Shown one piece after another: positions 14,686 to 24,323 of a stretch of DNA of 32,000 nt; position 1 is the stretch's first letter; each line of letters starts with the position of its first letter. This stretch comes from an uncultured bacterium (lineage in GTDB: Bacteria > Patescibacteriota > Gracilibacteria > UBA1369 > PNNO01): assembly GCA_963704705.1 (NCBI GenBank), contig OY969931.1, positions 570,001 through 602,000 on the forward strand. Reading direction: 5' to 3'. A program made the translations under genes and the position numbers. The notes beneath the pieces were generated by a model that ran no database searches, was not told the origin of the DNA, and saw only the letters and a program-made list of their open reading frames with translations.

Positions 14686-17565
14686 TTATTTTGCCTGGTA
14701 AGAAGCGATTTCTTTGTTTGTGGAATTCGTTTTAGAAGGGTCGGTAAGGTAATCTAAAAGTACTTTTTCATATTGAATTAAAACATTTGAGTCAAATTGT
14801 GAAGAATTTGCATTAAAATTCCCAATAGCTCCTGTAGTTTTATTTATTTTAAATAAGACAATAACTTTATCATATAATACGCTATCAATATTTTTGATTG
14901 TTTTTAAAGCCTCCAAATCACCATAACAGGCCTGAATCAATGCTGTGCCAACATCTGATGTTAATTGTTTTTGTAAATAATCTTTGTTTTTAAAATTGCT
15001 AATTGCATTTTGAGCATCAACTACAGCATAAGTTCGTAATCTAACCTTATCAGCAATATCGAATTTATATTTTATTATTGGCAATGAACCTGAACTCTGT
15101 TTTAATGCATCGCGCATTTCAGATGTTGTAAATTTATGAGAAGCCAGATATCTAACAAGACCTGCCTTGCTCATGCCTGAATTAATGAATTTCAAACTAT
15201 AAAATTCCAGTATTTTATCTATCAAATCTGTTTGAGATTTTTTAAGTCCGAAATTATTCAAGAAGCTTTCATAAGCGCCTGAATAAGGTTTTTCTTGAAC
15301 GCCAACTTTAGTTCTTCCTACTTTAATTTCTCTTTGACCTTTTTTAGTTGTAACAAGCGAAATAAAATCTGATTTAGTTAATCTGTCACCGGATTTCATT
15401 GGTTTTTCACTCATTTGCTCAATCATATCGCCTTCCGGCCATTCTTTGCCTGATCTTAATTTATATTCGACTGAACCCGGTAGAGCCATTCTCAAAAACA
15501 TCACATAATGTAATGGTTTATTTTTACCAGTAACAAATCGCTGGCTTCCAAAATTAAAAGTATTTGAAGGAGCCATAAACGTTCCGTGAACCGGCTGAAT
15601 AAATTCATGAAGCCTGTCTTTAATTGAAGCATATTTCGGATCTTTTCTGAGTTCTCTTAAAGCCTGTTCATAAGAATTTTGGATAGCTGCTATTTTTGCC
15701 TGTTCAGAACCAGTGAAAGTTGATGCATCAACAGTTACTCTTGAACTCATAAACATTATATTTGTTGAAGTATTTGTCCATTGATGAGTTGCTTTTCTTG
15801 GATTTTTAGAATATCTGTGTTCATAAAGTTTCATATAGTCCCCGGTGTATGCTCCAAATCTATTTTCGTTTATAAAATTTGATAAAGGTTTTGTTTCAGG
15901 CATTATGCTTGATGATATTCTTTTAATATGATTATCTTTGATCTTTTCTTCAGGGTATTTACCTGGATTATTAGCTTGTTCTTTCCAGTCATAAGGATGA
16001 CCAGTTAGCATCCACCACTTCTTTGTTTGTTTTTTATCGTGATCTTCCCATTTAGTTTCAATTTCTCTTGCGAATATCAGTTCAACTTTACCGTCTTTAC
16101 CAAATTTCCATGCAAGTTCCTGATTCATTAGGATTGCGGTAATAATCATTCCATAACTAGGCTCAACAAATTTCTTTCCTTTATTTTTCGCTTCCATTTT
16201 CGCTTCATTAATAGAACGCATGACATCAGCCATGCTGCTGTTTGAAGCTTTAAGTTTTCTATCAACCAATCTTAACGAAACGTACATATCGTGTTTGCTC
16301 ATTTCATTTTCAGCAACTCCGCCAACAGGTAATTCCTTCATGTTATCCGGTATCGGATGGGTGTCGTATCGTTCTTTTTGCTGCAAATAAAGCTTTGCAA
16401 GATATGCAAATTTGTAATCTCCCATATAACCGATTGAACTTGAAAGTAGTTCAGCTTCATGTTTATTGCAATTGAAAGATTCTTTTAATAAATCTCTCTT
16501 CCCTGATCTGTCTTCTACATGAGAATTAAACCAGTCTGAAGCTTTTTTGCCTGTAAATGCTTTTGTTGTTGTATTAATAGCTAAATATCCGATACCAACC
16601 ATTCCCGCTTTTTTAAGGATGTCACGTAGTTTTGTAACTTCTTCATTATTTGAATTCAAAAACCATGCAGCGCCTATTAAAGTAGTTGCGATTGCAATTG
16701 CACGTTCTTTACCATCCATTCCGGCAAAATTTTCTCTTATACCCTGGATTTTTGTTGCGATCCATTTTTCAGCGCTTTTTGCGTATTCAACGGGTTGTGA
16801 GAATATTGTTTCTTTATTTTTTTGTACCAATTCAACTGTTCTGACACGTTTTTCCATTGTAGTTCTATATAAATGGTACTCCTTATAACCTTTATCAATT
16901 TTTGAACGAAGTAGGGGAGTAAGCGCAGTTTCTTTAATTATTGTTGATCTTTTAATTTTTTCATCAAGTGTAGATTCACTCGCGCTGAAAATATCATTTA
17001 GATAATCATCTATGATTTTTTGTTCAAGTTTAGCTTTGTTTGTTTTTCTGTAATCACTTATATATTGGAATACTTTTTGCGCCCTTGCTTTAAAATCCGG
17101 ATCATTTGCAATACTTTGATGAACAATATCAGGATTTTTTAAATTTTGTTCAAATTCAGCCTGAGTTAGAGCTGAAAAAAGCGTTTCATATTTCGGCGCT
17201 CCAACATTAAGTGCTAATTGAAGGTCACCTGCTTTTCTTTCCAACTGAGTAAATAAAAGTTTGTTCTGCTGATTGCTCTGAACATCGGTTTTAGCTTGTT
17301 CATATGAATATTGCGATATTGCAGATGTTTTAAGATCAGCTTCAAGTTTCTGCATACTCTCAAGAAATTTCTTTGCATTTGCCGGGATTTTATCCGGACT
17401 TTTTCTTAATGGTTGAATAAGATCAACGTATTTCTTATCCTTGAAATCTTCAACAGTTTTAATATCAGGATAAGTTTCACGAAAAGTCTGCGTAGATCTA
17501 ACAATATCCCTGCTTTCCACAGATGCTCTTGGACTGGTTGTTGGTGAGGTTCTTCCTCCTGCCAT
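14686..17565 (-). CDS. large hypothetical membrane protein (959 aa), last gene of the giant operon
   Basis: ATG start and TAA stop. Two central hydrophobic helices (AIAIATTLIGAAWFL and MVGIGYLAINTTT). No signal peptide and no domain recognised. Confidence 0.75.
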   Translation of the reverse strand: MAGGRTSPTTSPRASVESRDIVRSTQTFRETYPDIKTVEDFKDKKYVDLIQPLRKSPDKIPANAKKFLESMQKLEADLKTSAISQYSYEQAKTDVQSNQQNKLLFTQLERKAGDLQLALNVGAPKYETLFSALTQAEFEQNLKNPDIVHQSIANDPDFKARAQKVFQYISDYRKTNKAKLEQKIIDDYLNDIFSASESTLDEKIKRSTIIKETALTPLLRSKIDKGYKEYHLYRTTMEKRVRTVELVQKNKETIFSQPVEYAKSAEKWIATKIQGIRENFAGMDGKERAIAIATTLIGAAWFLNSNNEEVTKLRDILKKAGMVGIGYLAINTTTKAFTGKKASDWFNSHVEDRSGKRDLLKESFNCNKHEAELLSSSIGYMGDYKFAYLAKLYLQQKERYDTHPIPDNMKELPVGGVAENEMSKHDMYVSLRLVDRKLKASNSSMADVMRSINEAKMEAKNKGKKFVEPSYGMIITAILMNQELAWKFGKDGKVELIFAREIETKWEDHDKKQTKKWWMLTGHPYDWKEQANNPGKYPEEKIKDNHIKRISSSIMPETKPLSNFINENRFGAYTGDYMKLYEHRYSKNPRKATHQWTNTSTNIMFMSSRVTVDASTFTGSEQAKIAAIQNSYEQALRELRKDPKYASIKDRLHEFIQPVHGTFMAPSNTFNFGSQRFVTGKNKPLHYVMFLRMALPGSVEYKLRSGKEWPEGDMIEQMSEKPMKSGDRLTKSDFISLVTTKKGQREIKVGRTKVGVQEKPYSGAYESFLNNFGLKKSQTDLIDKILEFYSLKFINSGMSKAGLVRYLASHKFTTSEMRDALKQSSGSLPIIKYKFDIADKVRLRTYAVVDAQNAISNFKNKDYLQKQLTSDVGTALIQACYGDLEALKTIKNIDSVLYDKVIVLFKINKTTGAIGNFNANSSQFDSNVLIQYEKVLLDYLTDPSKTNSTNKEIASYQAK

Positions 17566-17624
17566 GTTAGTTTTTGTTTAATTTATCTTTATATTATACC
17601 CTAAAATTAGTATTTTTTGAAGGG

Positions 17625-17798
17625 CTAATCAGTTAAAGTGTCTTCTTCAATCTCCTGAAGTGCATTAATTAAAATACCAAAGCATTCACTCTCTTCTTTT
17701 TGAATTTGCTCTTCTAGCTCTTTTCGCTTAGCAATAAGCTTGTCGAGCTCATTCATGGTTGATTTGATTTGTGTAATTATTTCTTCTTTTTTTGACAT
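17625..17798 (-). CDS. unlisted 57-aa coiled-coil ORF (MSKKEEIITQIKSTMNELDKLIAKRKELEEQIQKEESECFGILINALQEIEEDTLTD)
   Basis: It falls below the ORF-track size cutoff. Its ATG (17798-17796) directly follows the TAA of the 775-aa gene (17801-17799), reading TAAATG. It fills an otherwise empty 233-nt gap. Confidence 0.5.
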   Translation of the reverse strand: MSKKEEIITQIKSTMNELDKLIAKRKELEEQIQKEESECFGILINALQEIEEDTLTD

Positions 17799-20126
17799 TT
17801 AAGGCAGGTCGTTAATAGCAGATTGTAGTTCGATCATTATTTTATTCAGATCAGTATAATGTTTGTTGAATTCTTTTTCGTATCCATTTTTTACTGCATA
17901 TTGATAATTTTGCTGGCTGAATATAATTAAAATGATATTTTTATAGGCATCTAAATCTTGCTGTAATAAATCTTTTGAAGCTCTATATTTTTTTATATCA
18001 ATTTTTAAAGCTTTTAATAATTTTTTTAGTTTTTTAACCTTTTCATTAAGACTCCTTAATGTAGTAACAACTTGTTCACGTTGATCTCTAAAAAGTAATT
18101 TTTTTACCCTATCACGTTCAGTAATGGCTCTTTCAGGTGCAACTGCTCCAGCAAATCCTTCTGCCGGAGGAGGAGTCGGAGGTTCATCACCGCCGCCCGG
18201 AGGAGCGGGAGGAGTAGGAGGAGGAGTCGGAGGTTCATCACCGCCACCCGGAGGGGTGGGAGTAGTAGGAGGAGGAGTCGGAGGTTCATCACCGCCACCC
18301 GGAGGGGTGGGAGGAGTAGGAGGAGGAGTCGGAGGTTCATCACCGCCGCCCGGAGGAGTAGGAGGAGGAGTCGGAGGTTCATCACCGCCACCCGGAGGGG
18401 TGGGAGGAGTAGGAGGAGGAGTCGGAGGTTCATCACCGCCCTTGTTTGCACCTAATACATATATTTCTGCATTTCCACCCTCAGAAGTTGTTTCACTTGT
18501 ATTCCCTTGTGAGGAACTTGTAATTTTTCCTGTTTCAGCAGTGCCGCCAGCACCGCCTTCAGTTGTGATAGCGCCGGTTTCAGCAGTACCGCCTTCGCCT
18601 CCTGCACCACCTTTAATATCACTAATATTTATACCTTCTGTTTTGCCACCTTCAGCAGTACCACCTGCACCACCTTTAACATCACTTATATTTACTCCTT
18701 CTGTTTTCCCACCTTCGCCCGTAGAAGTAATAGCGCCGGTCTCAGCAGTTCCGCCTTCACCACCTGCACCACCTTTAACATCACTTATATTTACTCCTTC
18801 TGTTTTCCCACCTTCGCCCGTAGAAGTAATAGCGCCTGTCTCAGCTGTACCACCTTCACCACCGGCACCACCTTGTCCACCTGCAGATGTATTTGAGATC
18901 TGACCCGTTTCAGCAGCGCCACCTTTAATATCGCTAATATTTACGCCTTCTGTTTTGCCACCCATACCACCTTTTATGTCACTAACACTAATCGTTGAAC
19001 CTTCACTTTTACCGCCCATCCCGCCTTTTACATCACTAACACTAATTGTTGAACCTTCACTTTTACCGCCCATACCGCCTTTTACATCGGTAACAGTAGC
19101 GCCTTCACTTTTACCACCCATACCGCCTTTTACATCACTTACTGTTGCACCTTCGGATCTTGAACTTACGGTTCCGGTTTCAGCTTTACCGCCGGCTCCG
19201 CCTTCTGAAGTAGATTTAACATCGCCTGTTTGAGCACTTGAATCTGCATTTATTGTACCTGTTTCAGCAGCACCACCTTTACCCCCTTCAGCTTTTACAT
19301 CACCGGTTTTTTGAGTTATATCACTAACTGATGCCCCACGGCTATCACCACCTTCTGCTTTAGCAGATCCACCATAAGCATTTACATTTACTGTTGTTGA
19401 TCCTTTTACTTGTCCCATTAAATTCATCAAATTTTCATCTACGATAACAGCTTTGCGGGGACTCCCACCTTCTTCTTTCTTATCTTTCTTTTTAGATTTT
19501 TCTACTTTTTTCTCAGGCTTTTTTTCTTTTTTTCCACCAATAATAGGAATATCTCCACTTTCTTCACCTTCTTCTTTTCCACCTCTTTTATCTGTGATTT
19601 TGATTGGTTTAGGTACTTCAACAGGTTTCTCCTCTTTTATTTCAGGCATATTAACAGCTCTGTTATCTGATGCACCTCCATATTTTCCTGATTCATAAGT
19701 ACCTTTAAAATTTTTACCAATATCTCTACCTTTTCCAGCTCTTTCAACTTTTATATTTTCTTCAGCTTGTCGTTCTCTATCAGGATTAAATTCAGGTTCT
19801 CCTGCAATTTGTTCTGTTCTTGCTTGTTCATCTCTTTTTTGAGGTTCTTCAGTTGGTTCTGCATATCTGATTTCATCAGTTCTTTCTCTATTTATTTCAT
19901 CAGTTCTAAATCTTCGTTTATCAGTTGTTTTATCAACTTTTTCTTTAACCTCCTTTTTTATTTCTTCAGCTTCAGGAAGCATAGCGGCTCTTTTCTCAGT
20001 TTTTTTAAAGCCTTTTTCTGCAGCAGCTTTTTCCTTTTCTTCCTCTTCTTTGGGATCAACTGCAAAATTTATGAATTTTGAATATTTCCAGGATAAATTT
20101 TGGAAATGTTTAAATAATTTTTTCAT
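17799..20126 (-). CDS. highly repetitive, low-complexity protein (775 aa): K/E-rich N-terminus, Gly-rich repeats, Pro-rich repeats, C-terminal coiled coil
   Basis: ATG start and TAA stop. Repeats of the type SDVKGGMGGKSEG and GGAGGEGGTAETGAITSTGEGGKTEGVNISDVK, then six GGGDEPPTPPPTPPTPP units. No signal peptide. Confidence 0.8.
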   Translation of the reverse strand: MKKLFKHFQNLSWKYSKFINFAVDPKEEEEKEKAAAEKGFKKTEKRAAMLPEAEEIKKEVKEKVDKTTDKRRFRTDEINRERTDEIRYAEPTEEPQKRDEQARTEQIAGEPEFNPDRERQAEENIKVERAGKGRDIGKNFKGTYESGKYGGASDNRAVNMPEIKEEKPVEVPKPIKITDKRGGKEEGEESGDIPIIGGKKEKKPEKKVEKSKKKDKKEEGGSPRKAVIVDENLMNLMGQVKGSTTVNVNAYGGSAKAEGGDSRGASVSDITQKTGDVKAEGGKGGAAETGTINADSSAQTGDVKSTSEGGAGGKAETGTVSSRSEGATVSDVKGGMGGKSEGATVTDVKGGMGGKSEGSTISVSDVKGGMGGKSEGSTISVSDIKGGMGGKTEGVNISDIKGGAAETGQISNTSAGGQGGAGGEGGTAETGAITSTGEGGKTEGVNISDVKGGAGGEGGTAETGAITSTGEGGKTEGVNISDVKGGAGGTAEGGKTEGINISDIKGGAGGEGGTAETGAITTEGGAGGTAETGKITSSSQGNTSETTSEGGNAEIYVLGANKGGDEPPTPPPTPPTPPGGGDEPPTPPPTPPGGGDEPPTPPPTPPTPPGGGDEPPTPPPTTPTPPGGGDEPPTPPPTPPAPPGGGDEPPTPPPAEGFAGAVAPERAITERDRVKKLLFRDQREQVVTTLRSLNEKVKKLKKLLKALKIDIKKYRASKDLLQQDLDAYKNIILIIFSQQNYQYAVKNGYEKEFNKHYTDLNKIMIELQSAINDLP
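18169..18440. repeat. in-frame tandem repeat, six units of 51 nt (one of 42 nt), encoding GGGDEPPTPPPTPP(TPP)
   Basis: The unit anchor GGAGGAGTCGGAGGTTCATCACCGCC starts at 18169, 18220, 18271, 18322, 18364 and 18415. Confidence 0.95.
18455..19380. repeat. degenerate Gly-rich coding repeats, including two near-identical 99-nt units
   Basis: The units 18671-18769 and 18770-18868 share their first 67 nt exactly and differ at about 5 positions after that. Shorter 54-60-nt units encoding ...SDVKGGMGGKSEG... lie at about 18950-19150. Confidence 0.85.
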
Positions 20127-20146
20127 TTTTATATGTGTTATTTATA

Positions 20147-21142
20147 TTAGGTAGTATGATATGGCACAGGAGTAACCTCTTTTCTTTCATTTAGGAGTCC
20201 TGGTACACTTTCGTGGCCAAGATATTTTTCAAATAAAAATATCCATCTTTTTGATTTATATTTGATAATTTTTTCTTTTATTTTCTGAAGTTTAAGTTCA
20301 CAATCATTTATCCTTTCTGTAATTTTACTTCTTTCTTCCGAATGTTCCGGTGCGGTTTTATTAAAATCATTTAATCTTTTTATCTCAGCCTGTTTTGATT
20401 GTAATAATGCGCTTACCCGTCCGCCCCATTTTTGCTCGATTTTTCTTCTTTCTATTTGAAGTAATCTTCTTATTTCTGTAACTGTGTCATTATAAAATTT
20501 ATTGTCTTTATTCATTTCTGTTAAAAGACCTGTTCTATCTTTTACCATTTCAGAAATATCGCGTCTGGTTCGGCTGATTTCGCCTCTAAGCCTTTGCTCT
20601 TCAGCTTGATCTTCTTCTCCATGATATTCCATTTCAAGTTCCTCCAATCTTGCCCTGAATGCTTCTATCTCGCGGTTGATGGAATCCAATTCGCTATACA
20701 TATCCAACAAGCGATTTAATCTGTCTTCAAATTTTTTGTATCTTTTTCTGTAATTTGTTCTTAAAGTTAGTGCAAGGACAATATCACTAAACAATATTGG
20801 TCTATTTCTTCTGTCATATAAACTTGGATCAATCTCTGCCTCTATTTCCGTATAAAAATTACGCTCTCCATCATCAATCGCACTATCTGCTTCTTCAGCT
20901 ATTTTAGCTTTAACAGCTTGATAAAACTCACCTGCGGTTTTGCCCTGCTTCGCTGCTCTATCCAAAAATGTTTTAAAAGTAGCAAAGAATTGTCGTTCTT
21001 CAGGATTTGTTAATGGGCCTCTATCAGGTTCAGAAAAATATCCAAGGATATCTTCCTGCCACCTTGCCATTGCTGCAGCATCGGTGACTTTTTCGTCCCA
21101 CTCAATTTGGAATAGCTCTTTGTCTTCTGAATTTTCAGCCAT
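20147..21142 (-). CDS. hypothetical coiled-coil protein (331 aa)
   Basis: ATG start and TAA stop, 20 nt upstream of the 775-aa gene. The central heptad-like R/E/K-rich region suggests a coiled coil. Confidence 0.75.
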   Translation of the reverse strand: MAENSEDKELFQIEWDEKVTDAAAMARWQEDILGYFSEPDRGPLTNPEERQFFATFKTFLDRAAKQGKTAGEFYQAVKAKIAEEADSAIDDGERNFYTEIEAEIDPSLYDRRNRPILFSDIVLALTLRTNYRKRYKKFEDRLNRLLDMYSELDSINREIEAFRARLEELEMEYHGEEDQAEEQRLRGEISRTRRDISEMVKDRTGLLTEMNKDNKFYNDTVTEIRRLLQIERRKIEQKWGGRVSALLQSKQAEIKRLNDFNKTAPEHSEERSKITERINDCELKLQKIKEKIIKYKSKRWIFLFEKYLGHESVPGLLNERKEVTPVPYHTT

Positions 21143-21144
21143 AA

Positions 21145-21516
21145 TTATTTGTTATTTTGTTTTTGTTTTTTCTTTTCAAGAACCTCATCAAGTCTTTCCG
21201 CGTCATAAGTAAGTTCATCAACAAGGTCATTTATATTTTTCAACATAACTTCATTAAGTGCGGGAATTTCATCAACAATTGCATAAATGATCTCGTAATC
21301 ACTCATGTCAGGATTCGCAGTTCTGATCATTTCAAAAGTTTTGATATCATCGTCAGTCATAGCATGCATGATTGATAAAAGAATCCTGTTACCTAATGTT
21401 CTTAGAAGTTCTTTTTCAATTTTAGCTTTTATATCAGGCTCGGAGTCGTTTAGTTTAAGCTTTTCCATGACATGATCTATAAAAGCCTGATAAGTGAAGT
21501 TTTCTGATGTAAACAT
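21145..21516 (-). CDS. small acidic helical hypothetical protein (123 aa)
   Basis: ATG start and TAA stop, 2 nt from the next gene. No domain recognised. Confidence 0.7.
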   Translation of the reverse strand: MFTSENFTYQAFIDHVMEKLKLNDSEPDIKAKIEKELLRTLGNRILLSIMHAMTDDDIKTFEMIRTANPDMSDYEIIYAIVDEIPALNEVMLKNINDLVDELTYDAERLDEVLEKKKQKQNNK

Positions 21517-21539
21517 ATTTATTTTTGTTAATTTTTATT

Positions 21540-24323
21540 TTAAGCGGCGCGTTTGGCATAAGATTTTTCGATACTACTCTGAACCTTAGTATCTATTTCT
21601 CTGGCCGGCCATGTTAGAATGCTTCTTGCCAGACCCCAAACCGAACCAACAACATTACCCGGTAGTTTTGCAAATGCTTTCCAATCCATTTTTTCAGCTT
21701 CTTTTGCCTTATCGTATGTTTCACCTTTAAATAATTTCATGTAAGTTTTAAATGCCTTATATCCTCCGTAACCAACACCTGCCATTGCCCAGAATGGCCA
21801 TGTATGTGGTCCATATTTCAAAAAGCCTTTACCACCTGTTTTGGCTGCTCTTAACATACGAATTGATAAAGATCTGCGTCTTGCGTTTGCTCCAAGTCTT
21901 TCCAGTTCTTCTCTTTTTTCAAGTTTGGATAAATTACCTGGTAGTTGATCAACAGCTTCATTAAATGTTTTATTTTGTTCAGAAAATAACAACTGTCTTT
22001 TGTACAATGCATGATGAGCTTGCACGCCATTTTTAATTGCATTATCCATCTGAACACTTGATTCAGTGTCAGTTTCGAGTTTTTTCAACACGAGTTTTGC
22101 TCTGTCTGTATCAGGATTAATTGTTTCATCATCCTCAACTTCTTTTAAGAAATTTTCAGTTTGAATTTGGGATTCCAAAAGAGACAGTATGTGAATCATA
22201 TTTTCAATCATAGGTGCTTCTTCGGCCCTAACAGTATAAGTTTTGCCCGGAACAATACGTTTTCCCATCGGAGCAATAAGATTTTCAAGTTTTGTTAAAT
22301 CAATTGTTTTTCTACCTACTTTTCGTAATTTGTTAATTAATCCTTTATCTGTTGGAACTTCTATTCCCTTAATAAATTCAGCAAGTTTCATCTGCATTTC
22401 TCTTAGTTTTTGCGGTGAAACCTTGCCCATTCTTTGCATTGCTTTAATAAAATCAGATCTGGTTGAAAAAACAGTAATATCATGGAACAAAGCCAAATCC
22501 GGATCCGTATCAACAACATGCTCCAATACATCTTTTGCAGATAAAATCGGCAACCAGTCACTCGGTAAAATTGTGCCGGCTATATTTCGCATTCTTTGAA
22601 CAAGAGGGCTTGATTGATCCACAATTCTTTTATTTGTAGCTCCATAAATTTCCAAATGTCTCGTTTTTGTAATAATCATATTTGTCGCATATAAAGCCTT
22701 TTGAGGTAATCCGGTTTCTTCTGTTACACCTTTAAGCTTTAAATCACGTTCAATAAGTTTGTATAAAAGACCCCGCGAATCCATTTTCTCGGTCTTGCCC
22801 TGAGACTGTTGTGCTGCTTTTAATTCATTGTCTACATCTGCTTTTGTTGATTGAGCCATTTTTCGAAGTTCATCTAATGCGTTTTGTACGTTGAAATCTG
22901 AGTAATAATTATTAAATTCATCTAAAAATAAATTTATTTCAGTTGGTTGAGAAGGTTTATTTGTTAACATTGGATTAGTTAGTATATTTAACCCTCCAGT
23001 CCCTGTTACTGCTAAAATATTAGCTATTTGTGCATTATACGGAGTTGTACCTTGATATTTTCTTATAAATTCTTTTAAATTCCACACATTATTAATAATT
23101 TCCCTTTGTATTTCTCCTGCTTTTTGTTGAGCTTTTTGTATATCAACATTATATTTTTCAATTCTTGCCGAAATTTCAGGTGTTGGCGGTCTTCCCGAAA
23201 TAGCAGTTAATGCTGCAGTAATACGTGTTATAGTTTCATTTTCGGATATAAGCTCATTGTATTTAGTGCCGAATGAAGTAAGTACATCACTAATTGCAGT
23301 AAGATTATTTTTCCATTCTGCTTCCCTTTCTTTTAATTGATCTAATCTGTTTCCTCGCCCTGATATACTCCTTACAAATTCTCTTAAAGCAGGGCCTTCT
23401 TCTGCGTCATCAATTCCAGCTTCCAAATACGCAAGCATCGCTTTCGCTTCAAGAGAAGTATGAACATTTTCAAGTTGTTTTGGAGTTAGTATATCCTGGA
23501 GCATTTGTTCCATTGTATTGTTACGCACTCTTTCCTTTGCTTGTTTTTGTTGTTCAAGTAATTGTTGATACATGTTTGGATTTCCAGTACTTAAAGCCTC
23601 AATACTACCAAAACCCAAAGGAATAATATTTGCATTTACCCAATTTGTGAAAGCCTCATCCCGCAATGCCAAAGTCATCGCCTCATTATCAAGCCATGTT
23701 TTTAATCTTTGGGGATTGAATCTGTCGGCACTTACTTTTGCTTCTTCTTCATGAATTACACGTTTTAATTCTGAATGTCTGAATTTTAGATGTATTAATT
23801 CGCGTGCTCCTGCTTGTCTTGAGAAATTAGCCCAAACATTAGCTCTTTCAAGTTTTTTCTTGATTGTAATAAAATCATCAGTATTCCATCTAACCACTAC
23901 GGTTTCGTGGGTTGGAACACCATTTGGTCCAACCGCAACATCAAATTCATTAACTGGATTTGCAGCACCCATATTAATTGCATTTCCTCTTGAATCAACA
24001 AATGCACCGCCACCAATTGCACCGATTGCTTGTATTTGCCAATTAAGATCTCTGAGCATCCCTAGGTAATTTCTACCGCGTACGTGTTCATAGGTAAAAA
24101 AATCACGCGCTACCTCGCGCTCAGCCCATTCCCGTCTGAATAAACCAAATCCCAAATAATTCGCTATTCGATATCTCCATGTTTGCGGACCGCCGCCTCT
24201 TCTTCTTACTTCTTCATCAACTATGTGTTTGTAGTATTGAGGCGCATAATGCCTAATGTAATCCAGTCTGCTGCGAACTCTTCTATCAATAATTTCTGTT
24301 CTATTCAAAGGCCCGTTCATCAT
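21540..24323 (-). CDS. large hypothetical protein (927 aa or longer), first gene of the giant operon
   Basis: The first ATG is at 24323, but the frame stays open to 24596 with coding-like sequence. C-terminal hydrophobic or amphipathic segment WPFWAMAGVGYGGY. No domain recognised. Confidence 0.75.
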   Translation of the reverse strand: MMNGPLNRTEIIDRRVRSRLDYIRHYAPQYYKHIVDEEVRRRGGGPQTWRYRIANYLGFGLFRREWAEREVARDFFTYEHVRGRNYLGMLRDLNWQIQAIGAIGGGAFVDSRGNAINMGAANPVNEFDVAVGPNGVPTHETVVVRWNTDDFITIKKKLERANVWANFSRQAGARELIHLKFRHSELKRVIHEEEAKVSADRFNPQRLKTWLDNEAMTLALRDEAFTNWVNANIIPLGFGSIEALSTGNPNMYQQLLEQQKQAKERVRNNTMEQMLQDILTPKQLENVHTSLEAKAMLAYLEAGIDDAEEGPALREFVRSISGRGNRLDQLKEREAEWKNNLTAISDVLTSFGTKYNELISENETITRITAALTAISGRPPTPEISARIEKYNVDIQKAQQKAGEIQREIINNVWNLKEFIRKYQGTTPYNAQIANILAVTGTGGLNILTNPMLTNKPSQPTEINLFLDEFNNYYSDFNVQNALDELRKMAQSTKADVDNELKAAQQSQGKTEKMDSRGLLYKLIERDLKLKGVTEETGLPQKALYATNMIITKTRHLEIYGATNKRIVDQSSPLVQRMRNIAGTILPSDWLPILSAKDVLEHVVDTDPDLALFHDITVFSTRSDFIKAMQRMGKVSPQKLREMQMKLAEFIKGIEVPTDKGLINKLRKVGRKTIDLTKLENLIAPMGKRIVPGKTYTVRAEEAPMIENMIHILSLLESQIQTENFLKEVEDDETINPDTDRAKLVLKKLETDTESSVQMDNAIKNGVQAHHALYKRQLLFSEQNKTFNEAVDQLPGNLSKLEKREELERLGANARRRSLSIRMLRAAKTGGKGFLKYGPHTWPFWAMAGVGYGGYKAFKTYMKLFKGETYDKAKEAEKMDWKAFAKLPGNVVGSVWGLARSILTWPAREIDTKVQSSIEKSYAKRAA

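Noticed and set aside
18169-18440. Regular 51-nt repeats considered as a possible CRISPR array
   Set aside because: There are no unique spacers, because the units are directly tandem. They are in frame within a long ORF, and there are no cas genes nearby.
18104-19233. ORF-track entries 18124-18903 (+, 259 aa), 18104-18451 (-, 115 aa) and 18955-19233 (+, 92 aa)
   Set aside because: These are alternative-frame and antisense readings of the GC-rich tandem repeats inside the 775-aa gene. Their low-complexity P/G/S/V products are by-products of the repeat, and the 775-aa frame is the only one continuous with non-repetitive flanks.
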